Below, piece by piece: positions 20,476 to 30,400 of a DNA stretch of 64,000 nt. Position numbers and translations under genes: made by a program. Below the pieces are notes generated by a model. That model did not search any database and was not told the origin of the DNA. It worked only from the letters and a program-made list of their open reading frames with translations. Origin of the DNA: Desulfobacterales bacterium (GTDB lineage: Bacteria; Desulfobacterota; Desulfobacteria; Desulfobacterales; SpSt-501); assembly GCA_037481615.1 (NCBI GenBank), contig JBBFLI010000016.1, one strand, 5' to 3'. Position 1 is the stretch's first letter; every line of letters begins with the position of its first letter.

Positions 20476-20961
20476 TCAGCGGCCGCGGGGGAACTTGCGG
20501 CGCGCCTCTTCCACGGGCTGGAAGGAGGCTCGGGGGGCGGGGGGCCTTTTTTCGAGCTTCTGCAGCCGGAGCGCGGCCACGTGGCCGTCCGGGTGGCGGA
20601 AGCCCTCGACGGCCACCGTTTCTCCCTTGCGGAATTCCTTTCGCGCCCGCGGTTTTCCCGCCTCGTCGAGGTAGTGCGTCTGAACCGTCTTCCCTCCGAT
20701 CGCCGCGTTCAAGCCGCGGATCTCCCGCTCGGCCACCACGATCACCCCCCGCTCGGGATGAACTTCCATGATGGTCCCGACGATCTCGAAGGGGGCGCAC
20801 TCTTCGGGGTCGAGGTGCTCGACGACGGCGGCGGGGGAAGCGTTATCGGCGGCGGCGGAAGCCGCGGCTGCCGCAGCCGACAATGCCGTCAGCAGGGCTG
20901 CCGCCCGGAGGACCGGGAGGGACCAGCGGCGCAAGAAGATCATGGCCGTTCTCCTTCGCAT
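20476..20961 (-). CDS. Secreted hypothetical protein translationally coupled to pilY1
   Basis: 161 aa with a signal peptide (…LTALSAAAAAASAAADNA). Its ATG shares one nucleotide with the pilY1 TGA (TGATG). No pilin motif. Confidence 0.6.
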   Translation of the reverse strand: MRRRTAMIFLRRWSLPVLRAAALLTALSAAAAAASAAADNASPAAVVEHLDPEECAPFEIVGTIMEVHPERGVIVVAEREIRGLNAAIGGKTVQTHYLDEAGKPRARKEFRKGETVAVEGFRHPDGHVAALRLQKLEKRPPAPRASFQPVEEARRKFPRGR

Positions 20962-23900
20962 CAGAAAATCTGGTTCCAGTAATAGCGGATCATCTCCTGG
21001 GTGGCGATGGTGGGCAGGCTGACGATGCCGCCCTCGACGCCGATGAAGAGCCGCGCCCCGCCGGCGAGGATGGCGATCACGGGAGCCGAGGGGATCGCCG
21101 TTCCGATCGCGAGCGACCGGTCGAGTTTCCCCAGGGCGACCGTGTTGCCGGCGCGGTCGGTCTCCGGGGTGGTACTGAAATCGTGCACGGCTCCTCCATC
21201 CAGGTAGTTCAGCGCGTACAGGCGCGCGACACCGCGCACCGTGGAGGCGGCGCAGGGGTCCTCCGGATCGATGCCCGATTCGCTTGAAGGGGTGTAAGTC
21301 GTGAAGTAGACGACCCCCCCGTAGACGCGCGGCGAGGAGACGACCTTTTCACCGGGGTTCTCCAGCCGGATGAACCAGCCCTTGCCGTTCTGGAGTTGCG
21401 CCTTGACCTGCGCCTTTTCCTCGGCGGTCCCGAGCTGGACGAGGTTGCTCGTCACATCGACCAGATCGGCCTCGGTGAGGGGGGAAGTCATCGTCCAGTC
21501 GTTCTTGACCGCGTAGAAGCGGTTCACGACCCGGCTTTCACTCGGCCGCTCGCGGTCCCCGGTCCCGAAGAAGACGTACTCGCCGTGGATCGCGGGCGGG
21601 TACTTTTCGGCCACGGCATCCGGGGCGTAGAGGATCTTGAGACGCTTGCCGTCCACCAGGGGGGCCTGGAAGACCTTCTTGGCGCTCCAGCTGCCGTCGG
21701 CGATGCTGCGGCTGATCTGCCGGGAGCCCACGGTGAAGGTCTGCATCTCGTCGTCCTTGAGACCGAAGAGGTTCCCGCCGAGGTCGCCGAAGTAGATCCG
21801 GCTGGTGATCCCGTCGCCGTCGTGATCGAAGCCGGCGACGTCGACGACCGAGTGCGTGAGGCCGAGCGAGGGGTGCGTGGCCGGGGTTACCCGGAGGGCG
21901 GGGAGCACCGCTCCGGTCGCCCGGCTCACGGCGAAGATGCCCCGGCCCACGGAGTCGGTGGGATCGGGGTCGGGCTGATCCTGGTTGGTGTCGTACCCCG
22001 CGGCGAAGAGAAAGACGTCGGCGGGCGTGACGGCGATCTCGACCCCGGTCGGGGTGGTGACGATTTCGGCCCCCGTCGACACCGTGACGCGGTCGGGCCG
22101 ACTCCAGGACTGGCCGAGACGTTCGTAGTTCGCGGGCGTAGGCCCGAGGACATCCGCCCCCAGGCTGTAGAGGTAGCGCGGGGCCGCAGGGTCCGAGATA
22201 TCGAGGGCGACATAGGCTTCGCCGCCGCGCCGGGAGCCGACGACCAGGATCTTCTGGGTATCCCCGCCGTAGACCGTGGGCGAGCCGTCGACGAAATAGT
22301 CGTGGTCGGCATCGGTCAGGCGCCAGAGCCTGCTTAAGTGCTCGGGGGGGATGAAACTCCAGAGTTCTTCACCCGTCTCGTCGTCGATCGCGTGGAGCAT
22401 GCCGTCGTTGGCCCCGACGTAGATCACCGTCTTATCGGCGTAATGGACGATCGCCGGTTCGGAGTGGATGACGTCGCCGAACAGGCCGTTGCGCACCGTG
22501 TCGAAAAGGTTGTTGCGGGCGGCCGCATCGGCCACCCCCAGCATGGCGTTCGTGATCGCCGTGTTCGTGGCGACGAAGGCGTTCGTGGGGTCGGTCAGAA
22601 GGGGGTTCGATCCGGTCCAGGTGTAGACCCGCCGCGGCGTCGGCGACTCGATCTGGAGACTCAGGGCCTCGGCCGCCCCGCCCTTTTCGACCGCCGGGCC
22701 GTCGTTTCCGAGAACCGTCCACCAGGAAAGCGCATTGTCCTTGATCAGACCCTCGGGGGTCGTCGCCGGATCCCCCTTGGCGTCGATCAGGGAGCCGTCG
22801 GGCTCGAGCCGGTAGCGCTTGATGTTCCCGATCCAGCGGCCGCTCTGCTGCGGCTTAAAGAAGCCGAGATAGATCTTGTCCCCGGCGAAGACGCGGTTCA
22901 TGCGGCTGATGGGGACGACCGGGGCGACGTAACAGGCGTTCTTCTCGACGATGCTCGACATGATCTGGAAGAAGGCCTCGCGCAGGGCGGAGTAATTCTC
23001 GGCGGTGTAATAGGAGCCGCCGCCGGCCGCCGCCGTACGCTGCAGGAGCGCCTGCGCCGTCAGGAAGCCGATCGTGAACGTGGTGATGTTCTGCTTGTCG
23101 AAGGCGGTCCCGTCGCCCATGGCCGGGTTGCAATCATTTTCGTAGAGGTAGCGCGCCACATCTTCGAGATAGCCCGAGCCGTCGTAGGCATAGTCGAACT
23201 TGGCCGGGTCGTTCGCGGGGGTCGAGGTGCCGATGAAGTCGCCGTTGATGTAGGGGGCCGACCAGAGCCGGCTGTCGCGGTCCTTGGTGGGCTCGCCGTC
23301 GGTCATGAGGATGACATAGTTCTTCTGGCAGCGCTCGAGCATGGGCGAGACATAGCGTCCCCCCGAGTAGGTCCCCGCGGGGAAGCCGCTCGTGTTGAAC
23401 CAGCTCGGCATGCCGGCGAAGTAGAGCCCCGCCTCGGCAAGGGTTTCGGCAAGCGGCGTCCAGGTCGAGGGGGTGAGATTGTTCACCGCGTTCAGCAAGG
23501 CGCTGCGATGGGCGGGGTCGTTCACACTTCGGATGGGGATCTGCAGCCTTCCGCCCTGCTCGTAGTTGAAGATCATCAGCCCGAAGCGCACGTTGTCGGT
23601 CGTGGCGATCAGGTCGGAGACGACCTGCTTGGCCACGTCGATCCGCCGCAGGTAGGGGCCGATGCCCGTCTGAATATAGTTCAGATAGTTCCCGAGGCGC
23701 AGGTAGCGTTTCGTCGCCCCGCCGCAGCTGAAGGGCGCACTGGAGCGGATGTAGCCTTCCGCATAGCCTTGCTCGAGAAGCGCCTCGCGGATTGTGGAGC
23801 AGGAAAGAAGGCTTACGTTGCTGGCAAAGAGGTCCCACCAGTAGGTGCCGGTGTAAGAATTGTAGCGGCGGTAGTAGACGGCATTGGCCGAGTAGGTGCA

Positions 23901-24107
23901 GCTCGCGCAGGTGTAGGTCTGGCTCGGGGCGTAGGGGGTGCCGGGCACGTCGGCCTCGTCCATGCTGCCGGAGTTGTCGAAGATGATGAGGACGTTCGGC
24001 TCGATGTCCGGGTTGGTGACCGTGCCGTAGATCTCGGTGTCATCGGCGCGCAAAACGCCCGACAGCCCGAAAACGACCATGACGCCGATCAGTATTCTCA
24101 AGCCCAT
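20961..24107 (-). CDS. pilY1: PilY1/PilC-family type IV pilus tip adhesin with an N-terminal vWA domain
   Basis: 1048 aa with a signal peptide then ADDTEIYG. The MIDAS-like motif is LIIFDNSGSMDE. The C-terminal region carries FDHDGDGITSRIYFGDLGGNLF, a PilY1-type Ca loop plus propeller motif. Confidence 0.85.
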   Translation of the reverse strand: MGLRILIGVMVVFGLSGVLRADDTEIYGTVTNPDIEPNVLIIFDNSGSMDEADVPGTPYAPSQTYTCASCTYSANAVYYRRYNSYTGTYWWDLFASNVSLLSCSTIREALLEQGYAEGYIRSSAPFSCGGATKRYLRLGNYLNYIQTGIGPYLRRIDVAKQVVSDLIATTDNVRFGLMIFNYEQGGRLQIPIRSVNDPAHRSALLNAVNNLTPSTWTPLAETLAEAGLYFAGMPSWFNTSGFPAGTYSGGRYVSPMLERCQKNYVILMTDGEPTKDRDSRLWSAPYINGDFIGTSTPANDPAKFDYAYDGSGYLEDVARYLYENDCNPAMGDGTAFDKQNITTFTIGFLTAQALLQRTAAAGGGSYYTAENYSALREAFFQIMSSIVEKNACYVAPVVPISRMNRVFAGDKIYLGFFKPQQSGRWIGNIKRYRLEPDGSLIDAKGDPATTPEGLIKDNALSWWTVLGNDGPAVEKGGAAEALSLQIESPTPRRVYTWTGSNPLLTDPTNAFVATNTAITNAMLGVADAAARNNLFDTVRNGLFGDVIHSEPAIVHYADKTVIYVGANDGMLHAIDDETGEELWSFIPPEHLSRLWRLTDADHDYFVDGSPTVYGGDTQKILVVGSRRGGEAYVALDISDPAAPRYLYSLGADVLGPTPANYERLGQSWSRPDRVTVSTGAEIVTTPTGVEIAVTPADVFLFAAGYDTNQDQPDPDPTDSVGRGIFAVSRATGAVLPALRVTPATHPSLGLTHSVVDVAGFDHDGDGITSRIYFGDLGGNLFGLKDDEMQTFTVGSRQISRSIADGSWSAKKVFQAPLVDGKRLKILYAPDAVAEKYPPAIHGEYVFFGTGDRERPSESRVVNRFYAVKNDWTMTSPLTEADLVDVTSNLVQLGTAEEKAQVKAQLQNGKGWFIRLENPGEKVVSSPRVYGGVVYFTTYTPSSESGIDPEDPCAASTVRGVARLYALNYLDGGAVHDFSTTPETDRAGNTVALGKLDRSLAIGTAIPSAPVIAILAGGARLFIGVEGGIVSLPTIATQEMIRYYWNQIF

Positions 24108-24152
24108 GCCGGAGTCTCCTTCGGCTCCTCTCGCGGAACCCTGTTCACGCCT

Positions 24153-24755
24153 TCACTGGTACTTGTTGAACACCTTGTAGGCCCCCACCTGGACGCGGGT
24201 GTTCCCCGTGAGCGAGGTCGCCGTGATCCCGTAGCGGCGGATCTCGAAATACTTCAGACTGAAACCCGAGCCCGGCGGCGGCGCGGAAATGTGGCGCTGG
24301 AGGGGAAGCGCGTTCGCGGCCGCCTCCTCCGCCGTCGTCTGCCCGTCCTCGTCGAAATCGATCGCCACCGCCGCATCGGTGATGCAGCGCACGCGCACCT
24401 CGGCGATCGGCCGGCTCTGCGCGTCGAGAGCGTAGAAGCGGTAATTGGCGGCGAGCGGCCCGTCGAGCAGGAATTGATCGGTCAGCCAGCGGGTCGCCCC
24501 CTCGGCGCCCTTGGCCGTCGGCCCGCGGTCGTAGTTTTCCAGGGCGTCGATGACCGCGGCTTCCGAGGCGTAGAATTCGCGCGTGAGATCCCCTTCGTTT
24601 CTCACCACATGCATCTCGGTCGTCGAGGTCCACAGCGCCAGCACGCCGGCCAACAGCAGGATCGCCGAAATGAGAATCGAGGCCCCGAGAACGAACCCCC
24701 GCTCATCTCTCAGAATCTCCACGGATTGCCGACCCATCATCGAGCTCCCGGTCAA
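24153..24755 (-). CDS. PilX-like minor component (module A)
   Basis: 200 aa. The hydrophobic N-terminus ERGFVLGASILISAILLLAGVLALW is PilX_N-like, and an ATGA overlap joins it to pilW-A. Confidence 0.65.
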   Translation of the reverse strand: MTGSSMMGRQSVEILRDERGFVLGASILISAILLLAGVLALWTSTTEMHVVRNEGDLTREFYASEAAVIDALENYDRGPTAKGAEGATRWLTDQFLLDGPLAANYRFYALDAQSRPIAEVRVRCITDAAVAIDFDEDGQTTAEEAAANALPLQRHISAPPPGSGFSLKYFEIRRYGITATSLTGNTRVQVGAYKVFNKYQ

Positions 24756-25360
24756 AGGTTGCGGCAGCGCACCCGGGTGGTGTAGGTGCGTGAGATTTCG
24801 GGGTGGCTCCCGGCCGGCCGTTGGATGGTGAGGGTGATCTCGATCGCCCGGATGTCGAGCCGGCGCGCGGCGAGGTCGGCCTCGGGGATGGGGACCCCGG
24901 CGGCGTCAAAGTACGAGAACTGCAGCTGCGAGACATGGTCGAGCAGCACCTCGGTCCCCAGGTGGCTCGTCTGCTCGAGCCGGTTCCCGTTCAGGGCGTA
25001 GGCGATGTTCTCGAAATCGCCGTCGAGGAGCCCGTCGTAGTTCACATCGGCCGTGTACTGCAGCCGGGTCGGGGTCGCCTCCACGATGCCCGCCCCTGCG
25101 GTCCCGAGCGGATCGAGCCCGGCCAGCCGGATGTCCTGCACCATCATCTCGACCCCGATGCGCGCGCTCTGCTGGGCGGCGGCCTTGACGTTTTCCGCGG
25201 TATAGGAGCGATTCAGGCGCTCGAAACCCGAATAGATCGCCCCGAAGAGAATCGAGAGCGCGGCGAGCACGAGCAGCATCTCCACCATGGAGAATCCGCT
25301 CTCGTCCGGCCTGGAAGCCGGCGGCGCCGCCGGAAACGTCTCGTGTCCCCTGCGCCTCAT
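24752..25360 (-). CDS. PilW-like minor pilin (module A)
   Basis: Start at MRRRGHETF... (CAT at 25358-25360, ATGA overlap with pilV-A). It has ESG|FSMVEMLLVLAAL and QQSARIGVEMMVQDIRLAGLDP. Confidence 0.75.
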   Translation of the reverse strand: MRRRGHETFPAAPPASRPDESGFSMVEMLLVLAALSILFGAIYSGFERLNRSYTAENVKAAAQQSARIGVEMMVQDIRLAGLDPLGTAGAGIVEATPTRLQYTADVNYDGLLDGDFENIAYALNGNRLEQTSHLGTEVLLDHVSQLQFSYFDAAGVPIPEADLAARRLDIRAIEITLTIQRPAGSHPEISRTYTTRVRCRNL

Positions 25361-25761
25361 ACGCCGTTTCCCTGCGTGTTCGAGGAAAGCACGACGCTCG
25401 ACTGCCGCCCGAGCCGCGTCCACTCCACCCGGACCGTGATGCGCCGCGCCCCCTCGCCCAGGTTCTCGATCGTCCAACTGCGGGTGAAAATCCCGCCGGC
25501 GCGCCCCTCGGCGTCGACCGGGTTGTTGGGGTCCGGGTAGGGCCCGCCGGTCGCAAGCGAACTCACGTCCTGGTTCTTCAGGTTCTCGAGCTGGGCCTTG
25601 GCCAGCATGTTGGCCTGGGTGTAGAGGTTTCCTTTCGTGTTGTTGCGCGCCGAGCCGAAATGCATCGACACCGCGGCGAGCATGCCGAGCGACAGGATCC
25701 CCATGGCGATCAGGAGTTCGATGAACGAAAAACCGCCCGGGTCGCGGAAACGAAAAGCCAT
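25357..25761 (-). CDS. PilV-like minor pilin (module A)
   Basis: 134 aa, MAFRFRDPGG|FSFIELLIAMGILSLGMLA. Confidence 0.75.
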   Translation of the reverse strand: MAFRFRDPGGFSFIELLIAMGILSLGMLAAVSMHFGSARNNTKGNLYTQANMLAKAQLENLKNQDVSSLATGGPYPDPNNPVDAEGRAGGIFTRSWTIENLGEGARRITVRVEWTRLGRQSSVVLSSNTQGNGV

Positions 25762-25775
25762 CTCGCGCTCTCCTT

Positions 25776-26258
25776 TTACAGCGTACGGATGTTTCCCAGC
25801 CGGTTCACCCGGATGCGCCGCTCCCCGGTGCCGTTCACGAGGCAGAGGACCTCGGCCGCGGAAAGGTCCGGCGCCAGCCCCCGGCTGTTGAAGCGCAGGC
25901 GGTGGTCGGGCAGCGTCGTCCGCGCGGGGTCGATCCGCACGCCGGGGGGAAGCCGCCGGTACTGTACCAGGGCCTCGGCGCCGTTGCGGATCCCGTCGCC
26001 CGCCGCCCCTCCGCCCGCGCCGTTGTCCAAGAAAAGGGTGTATTCGCTTTCGGTGAAGACGACACTCACCGTCGCCCCTTCGCGGATCGCCCGCACCTTG
26101 GCCATTTCCAGATCCGCCGTGAGGTTGATCGCCGCCCCGCGCAGCCGGTGCACCTGGAGCCAGCGCAAAAATGAGGGCATGCTTACCGAGGCGAGCAGCG
26201 CCACCACCGCCAGGGTGACGGCCACCTCAAAGGCACTGAATCCGGCATCACGTCGCAT
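25776..26258 (-). CDS. GspH/FimT-family minor pilin (module A)
   Basis: 160 aa, MRRDAG|FSAFEVAVTLAVVALL. The body is GspH-like. Confidence 0.7.
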   Translation of the reverse strand: MRRDAGFSAFEVAVTLAVVALLASVSMPSFLRWLQVHRLRGAAINLTADLEMAKVRAIREGATVSVVFTESEYTLFLDNGAGGGAAGDGIRNGAEALVQYRRLPPGVRIDPARTTLPDHRLRFNSRGLAPDLSAAEVLCLVNGTGERRIRVNRLGNIRTL

Positions 26259-26296
26259 CGCTTCGGCTCCTCAACAAAGATCTCCGGAGGCGGTTC

Positions 26297-26312
26297 TACA
26301 AAAGCCGTGCCA
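26297..26312 (-). promoter_or_regulatory. Candidate sigma-54 promoter TGGCAC-GGCTT-TTGTA for minor-pilin module A
   Basis: The reverse complement of 26297-26312 gives a perfect -24 element, and the -12 element is TTGT instead of TTGC. It lies 39-54 nt upstream of the ATG at 26258, with the RBS GAGGAG in between. Confidence 0.4.
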
Positions 26313-26630
26313 AGACGGGGCCGAAGCGGGAAGGAGGCACAGGCGGCGGCTTCGCACCGGACCGGGGGGGGCGTGCGCAAGCCTTTGAAGTCCATGGCAA
26401 ACCGCGGTGTCGGGGAGCAACACCGAGGCCCTGGACAGGGCCGGCTCCGGCGCCCCGGCCGGGCCGGCGGGCGGTCGGCCGCCATTAATTTCGTTTAAAA
26501 CGCTTAAAAAAGTTTTCCTGGCCCGGTGCCGGCGGGTCGACCGCGGGGCCGCCCGGATTACAGGGTGGAAAGCGGAGATACGGGATGGGATGCGGGCCGA
26601 GGCGGGAAGCTCTCCGGCCCCGCGGCGGGT

Positions 26631-27452
26631 TCAGGATTGTTGCAGATGGCGGATCGCGTTTTCGAAGATGCGCAGACCCACGGTCGGCTCCTCGCCGAAG
26701 GGGCGACCGTCACGCCGCGCCCTCTCCTTGAGCCGCGTCCAGTCGGGGTGGTTGGTCCAGTCGTTGAAGGCTTCCGGGTGCGGCATCAGGCCGAAGACGC
26801 GGCCGGTCGCATCGCAGATGCCGGCGATGTCGTCGACCGAGCCGTTGGGGTTGTCCGGGAAACGGCCCTGCGCCGGGCGGCCGTCGGCAAGGGCGTAGCG
26901 CAGCACGATCTGGCGGCCGGCGCGGAGCTTTTCGATCACCGGGGGGGCGGCGTAGAATTTCCCCTCCCCGTGCCGCACGGGAAGCTCGACCGCGGCGATC
27001 CCGCGGGTGAAGACGCAGGGGGAAGCGGGATCGACCGCAAGCCTCACCCACTGGTCACGAAACACCCCGCACTCGTTGGGCAGCAGCGCAACCGCGCGGG
27101 TGCGGTAGTCCCCGTCGAAGCCCGGCAGCAGCCCCAGGTTGACGAGCGCCTGGAAGCCGTTGCAGATGCCGATGACGAGCCCGCCGCGCTCGATGAACGC
27201 CGCGAGTTCCTCGCCGAGATGGGTACGGAAGCGGACCGCCTGGACGACCCCGGCGCCGTGGTCGTCCCCCCAGCCGAAGCCGCCCATCAGCACGAGAAGC
27301 TGATGCTCCTCGAGGCGCACCTGCCGCTGCAAGAGGAGGTTCAGATGCACGCGGTTCACGGAAGCACCGGCGCGTTCGAAGGCATAGGCCGTTTCCGCGT
27401 CGCAGTTGAGGCCGTAGCCTGCCGGCAGGAGAACGCGAACCCGGCGTTTCAT
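26631..27452 (-). CDS. purQ: Phosphoribosylformylglycinamidine synthase I (glutaminase subunit)
   Basis: 273 aa with the class-I amidotransferase Cys motif GICNGFQAL. A 4-nt overlap joins it to purL. Confidence 0.9.
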   Translation of the reverse strand: MKRRVRVLLPAGYGLNCDAETAYAFERAGASVNRVHLNLLLQRQVRLEEHQLLVLMGGFGWGDDHGAGVVQAVRFRTHLGEELAAFIERGGLVIGICNGFQALVNLGLLPGFDGDYRTRAVALLPNECGVFRDQWVRLAVDPASPCVFTRGIAAVELPVRHGEGKFYAAPPVIEKLRAGRQIVLRYALADGRPAQGRFPDNPNGSVDDIAGICDATGRVFGLMPHPEAFNDWTNHPDWTRLKERARRDGRPFGEEPTVGLRIFENAIRHLQQS

Positions 27453-30400
27453 CCCTCCCCCTTTCCCCCCCGGGCGAGATGGCCGAAGGGCCGTTTCCAG
27501 GCATCCCGCAGATCCTCGAGCCCGACCGCCAGGGCGACTTCGCCCCCGGGGCCCCGGATCTCGAGCCGCGGCTCACGCAGGACCTCCCCGATGCAGGCGA
27601 CCGGCAGCCCCCGCAGACGCTCCTCGATCTCCTCTCGCCGCTCCGGCGCCGCGGTGAAGAGGAACCGGCCGGCCGACTCGGAGAACAGCAGCGTGTCCAG
27701 GCGGCGGACCCCTTCGGCGGGGACGTCGCGCGTTTCGACCCGCAGGCCGAGGCCGCCGGCGATGGCGATCAGGGCGAGGTGCACGGCGAGCCCGCCGCGG
27801 TAAATGCCATGCAGGGAGGCGATCCGCTCCTCGCGCACGAGGGCGGCGATCGCCCGGTAGAGCGGGAGGAACTCGGCGCAGCGTACCTGGGGAACGCGGA
27901 GCCCGGTGTACCCCAGGTGCCGGTAGTACTCGGAAGCCCCCAGCTCGTCGCGGGTGACGCCGGCGACGAAGAGGAGATCCCCGGCGATCTTGACGTCGGG
28001 GCTCACGCAGCGCCGGATGTCTTCCACGACGGAGATCGTCGAGAACTGCATCGTCTCCAGGGCCGACACTTTGTGCCTTTCGCCGTAGCGGCCGGGAAGA
28101 TGGCCGTCCACGTACATGCTGTCCTTTCCGGAAAGGAGCGGAATCCCGTAAGCGAGGCAGGTCTCCTTGAGCGCGCGACAGGCGCGCACGAGCTGGGCGG
28201 CCTTGAAGCGGCCGTCGGGGTTTCCGACCGGGTCGTACTGGATGCTCGGCCAGCAGAAGTTGTCGACCCCCCCCACATGATCGGGGTCCCCCCCCACGGC
28301 GAGGACCCGGCGAAAGGCTTCGTCGATCGTGCAGGCGGTCATCGCGTAGGCGTCAATGCGCGAATAGAAGGGCAGGATCGCCTGGGCGTAGGCGAGCCCC
28401 CGCCGGGAAGAGAGCAGCGGTCTCAAGACCGCGGCGTCGGCCGGCACATCCCGGCTCACGCCGACGAGCGGCTTGATGACGCTTCCCCCCTGGACCTCGT
28501 GGTCGTACTGCCGCGGGATCCACTCCGTCGAGGCGAGGTTCGGGCCGGCGAGCAGATCGAGGAGCAACCGCGACAGGTCCTCGGGCTCGCCGAGGACGGG
28601 CTCTGCGAGACCGCGCCGTTCGGGGGGGATCCACTCGGCCTCGAATTCCCATTGCGGGAACCCGGCCCGCAGGAGATCGAGGTCGACGTAGGCGCAGGTT
28701 TCGCCTTCATAGGTGATGTGGAGCTTGCCGCTGTCCGTGTAGCGGCCGATGACCGTGCTTTCGACCCCGTGCAGTCGCGACAGCTCGAGGAAACGGCCGA
28801 CGTCTTCGGGCCGCACGGCCACGGTCATGCGCTCCTGGGACTCCGAGACCCAGATCTCCCAGGGGTCGAGGCCCGCGTACTTGAGGGGGACTTTCTCGAG
28901 GGCCACCTCGGCGCCGTTGGCGAAGCGCGCCGATTCGCCGATCGAGGAGGAAAGCCCGCCGCCGCCGTTGTCGGTGATGAAACGGATCAGGCCCTCGTCG
29001 CGCGCCTCGAGCAGGAAGTCGTGCATCTTCTTCTGCGTGTAGGGGTCCCCGATCTGGACGTGACCCGCCGGGGTGTGCTCGGAGAACACCTCCGAGGATG
29101 CCGTCACCCCGTGAATGCCGTCCTTGCCCACGCGTCCGCCGCACATGACGATCAGGTCCCCGGCGGTGGTCGTCTTCTGTTCGGAGGGCTCGCCGGCAAC
29201 GCGAGCCGGCATGAGCCCGACCGCCGTCACGAAGACCAGGCACTTGCCCATGTAGCCGGGGTCGAAGAGAACCTGGCCGAAGACGGTCGGGATGCCGCTC
29301 TTGTTGCCGCCGTCGCGCACCCCCTCGACGACCCCGTCCAGCAGCCGCCGGGGGTGGAGGCGCGGGCGCAGGGGGCCGGCGTAGTCCCGGGGGCCCACAC
29401 AGAACCCCCAGCCGCCGAGGATCAGTTTCGCGCCTCGGCCGGTGCCGAGCGGGTCGCGGTAGACGCCCACGATCCCGGTGATCGCCCCGCCGTAGGCCTC
29501 CATGTTCGAGGGCGAGTTGTGCGTCTCGCCGGTGATCACGTAGTAGTGCTCGTCGTCCAGGCGGCCGGCGCCGGCGTTGTCCCAGAGCACGGAGACGACC
29601 CAGGGTTTCTCGCGCGCGATCGCCAGCGTGGGCTCTTCGATGTATGTCGCAAAGAGGCTGTCGATCGTCTCGACGACGTCCCCCCCCGCTTCGCGGTACT
29701 GGAAGCGGCCGCGGAAGGTGTTGTGGTTGCAGTGGTCGCTTCGCGCCTGGGAGATGTACTCGAGCTCGACGTCCGTCGGATCGGAGAGCCCCAAGGCGCG
29801 CCGGGCCTCCCGCACCCGGGGGTCCTGGAAATAGGCGCGGATGACGGGGACGTCCCGGGGGTGCAGCGCAAGGCCCCGCTCCCGGCTGATGCGCAAGAGC
29901 TCCTCGTCCGTCGCGACCGGGATGGAGCCGACGGTCGGTCGGCGCTCAAGGCGCACGCGGGGGACGACGAGCCCGACCCCCTTTTCCGGGTCCCACTCCG
30001 CGGCCGCCCACAGACGCCATTGCTGGATGAGATCGTTGGCCAACAGCTCGGAGGCGATCCGCTCGAGATCGCGGCGCGAGGCCTGCCGGGCCTCGATGCA
30101 GTAACGCTTCGAGGTGTAGACCGCCTCCCCGGGGGAAAGCCTGCGGCCGAGGAGGTCCTCGATCGCCTCGACCGCGGTCGCCCCGGCGTTGTCGCGCACA
30201 CCGGGCCGCAGCCCCACCCAGAGGACCCAGTCCGCGGGCAGCGCGAGGGTGCCGAAGGCGGAGCGCTGGGTTACGGGGTTGGTGAAGATTTCCCGCCGCA
30301 GGCGTTCGAGCTCTTCGGCCGAGAACGCCGCATCCAGCATGAGGATCTGCACCGTGCGGATGCGTCGGGTCTCGATGCCGAAATACTCGCGGGCTTTTCG

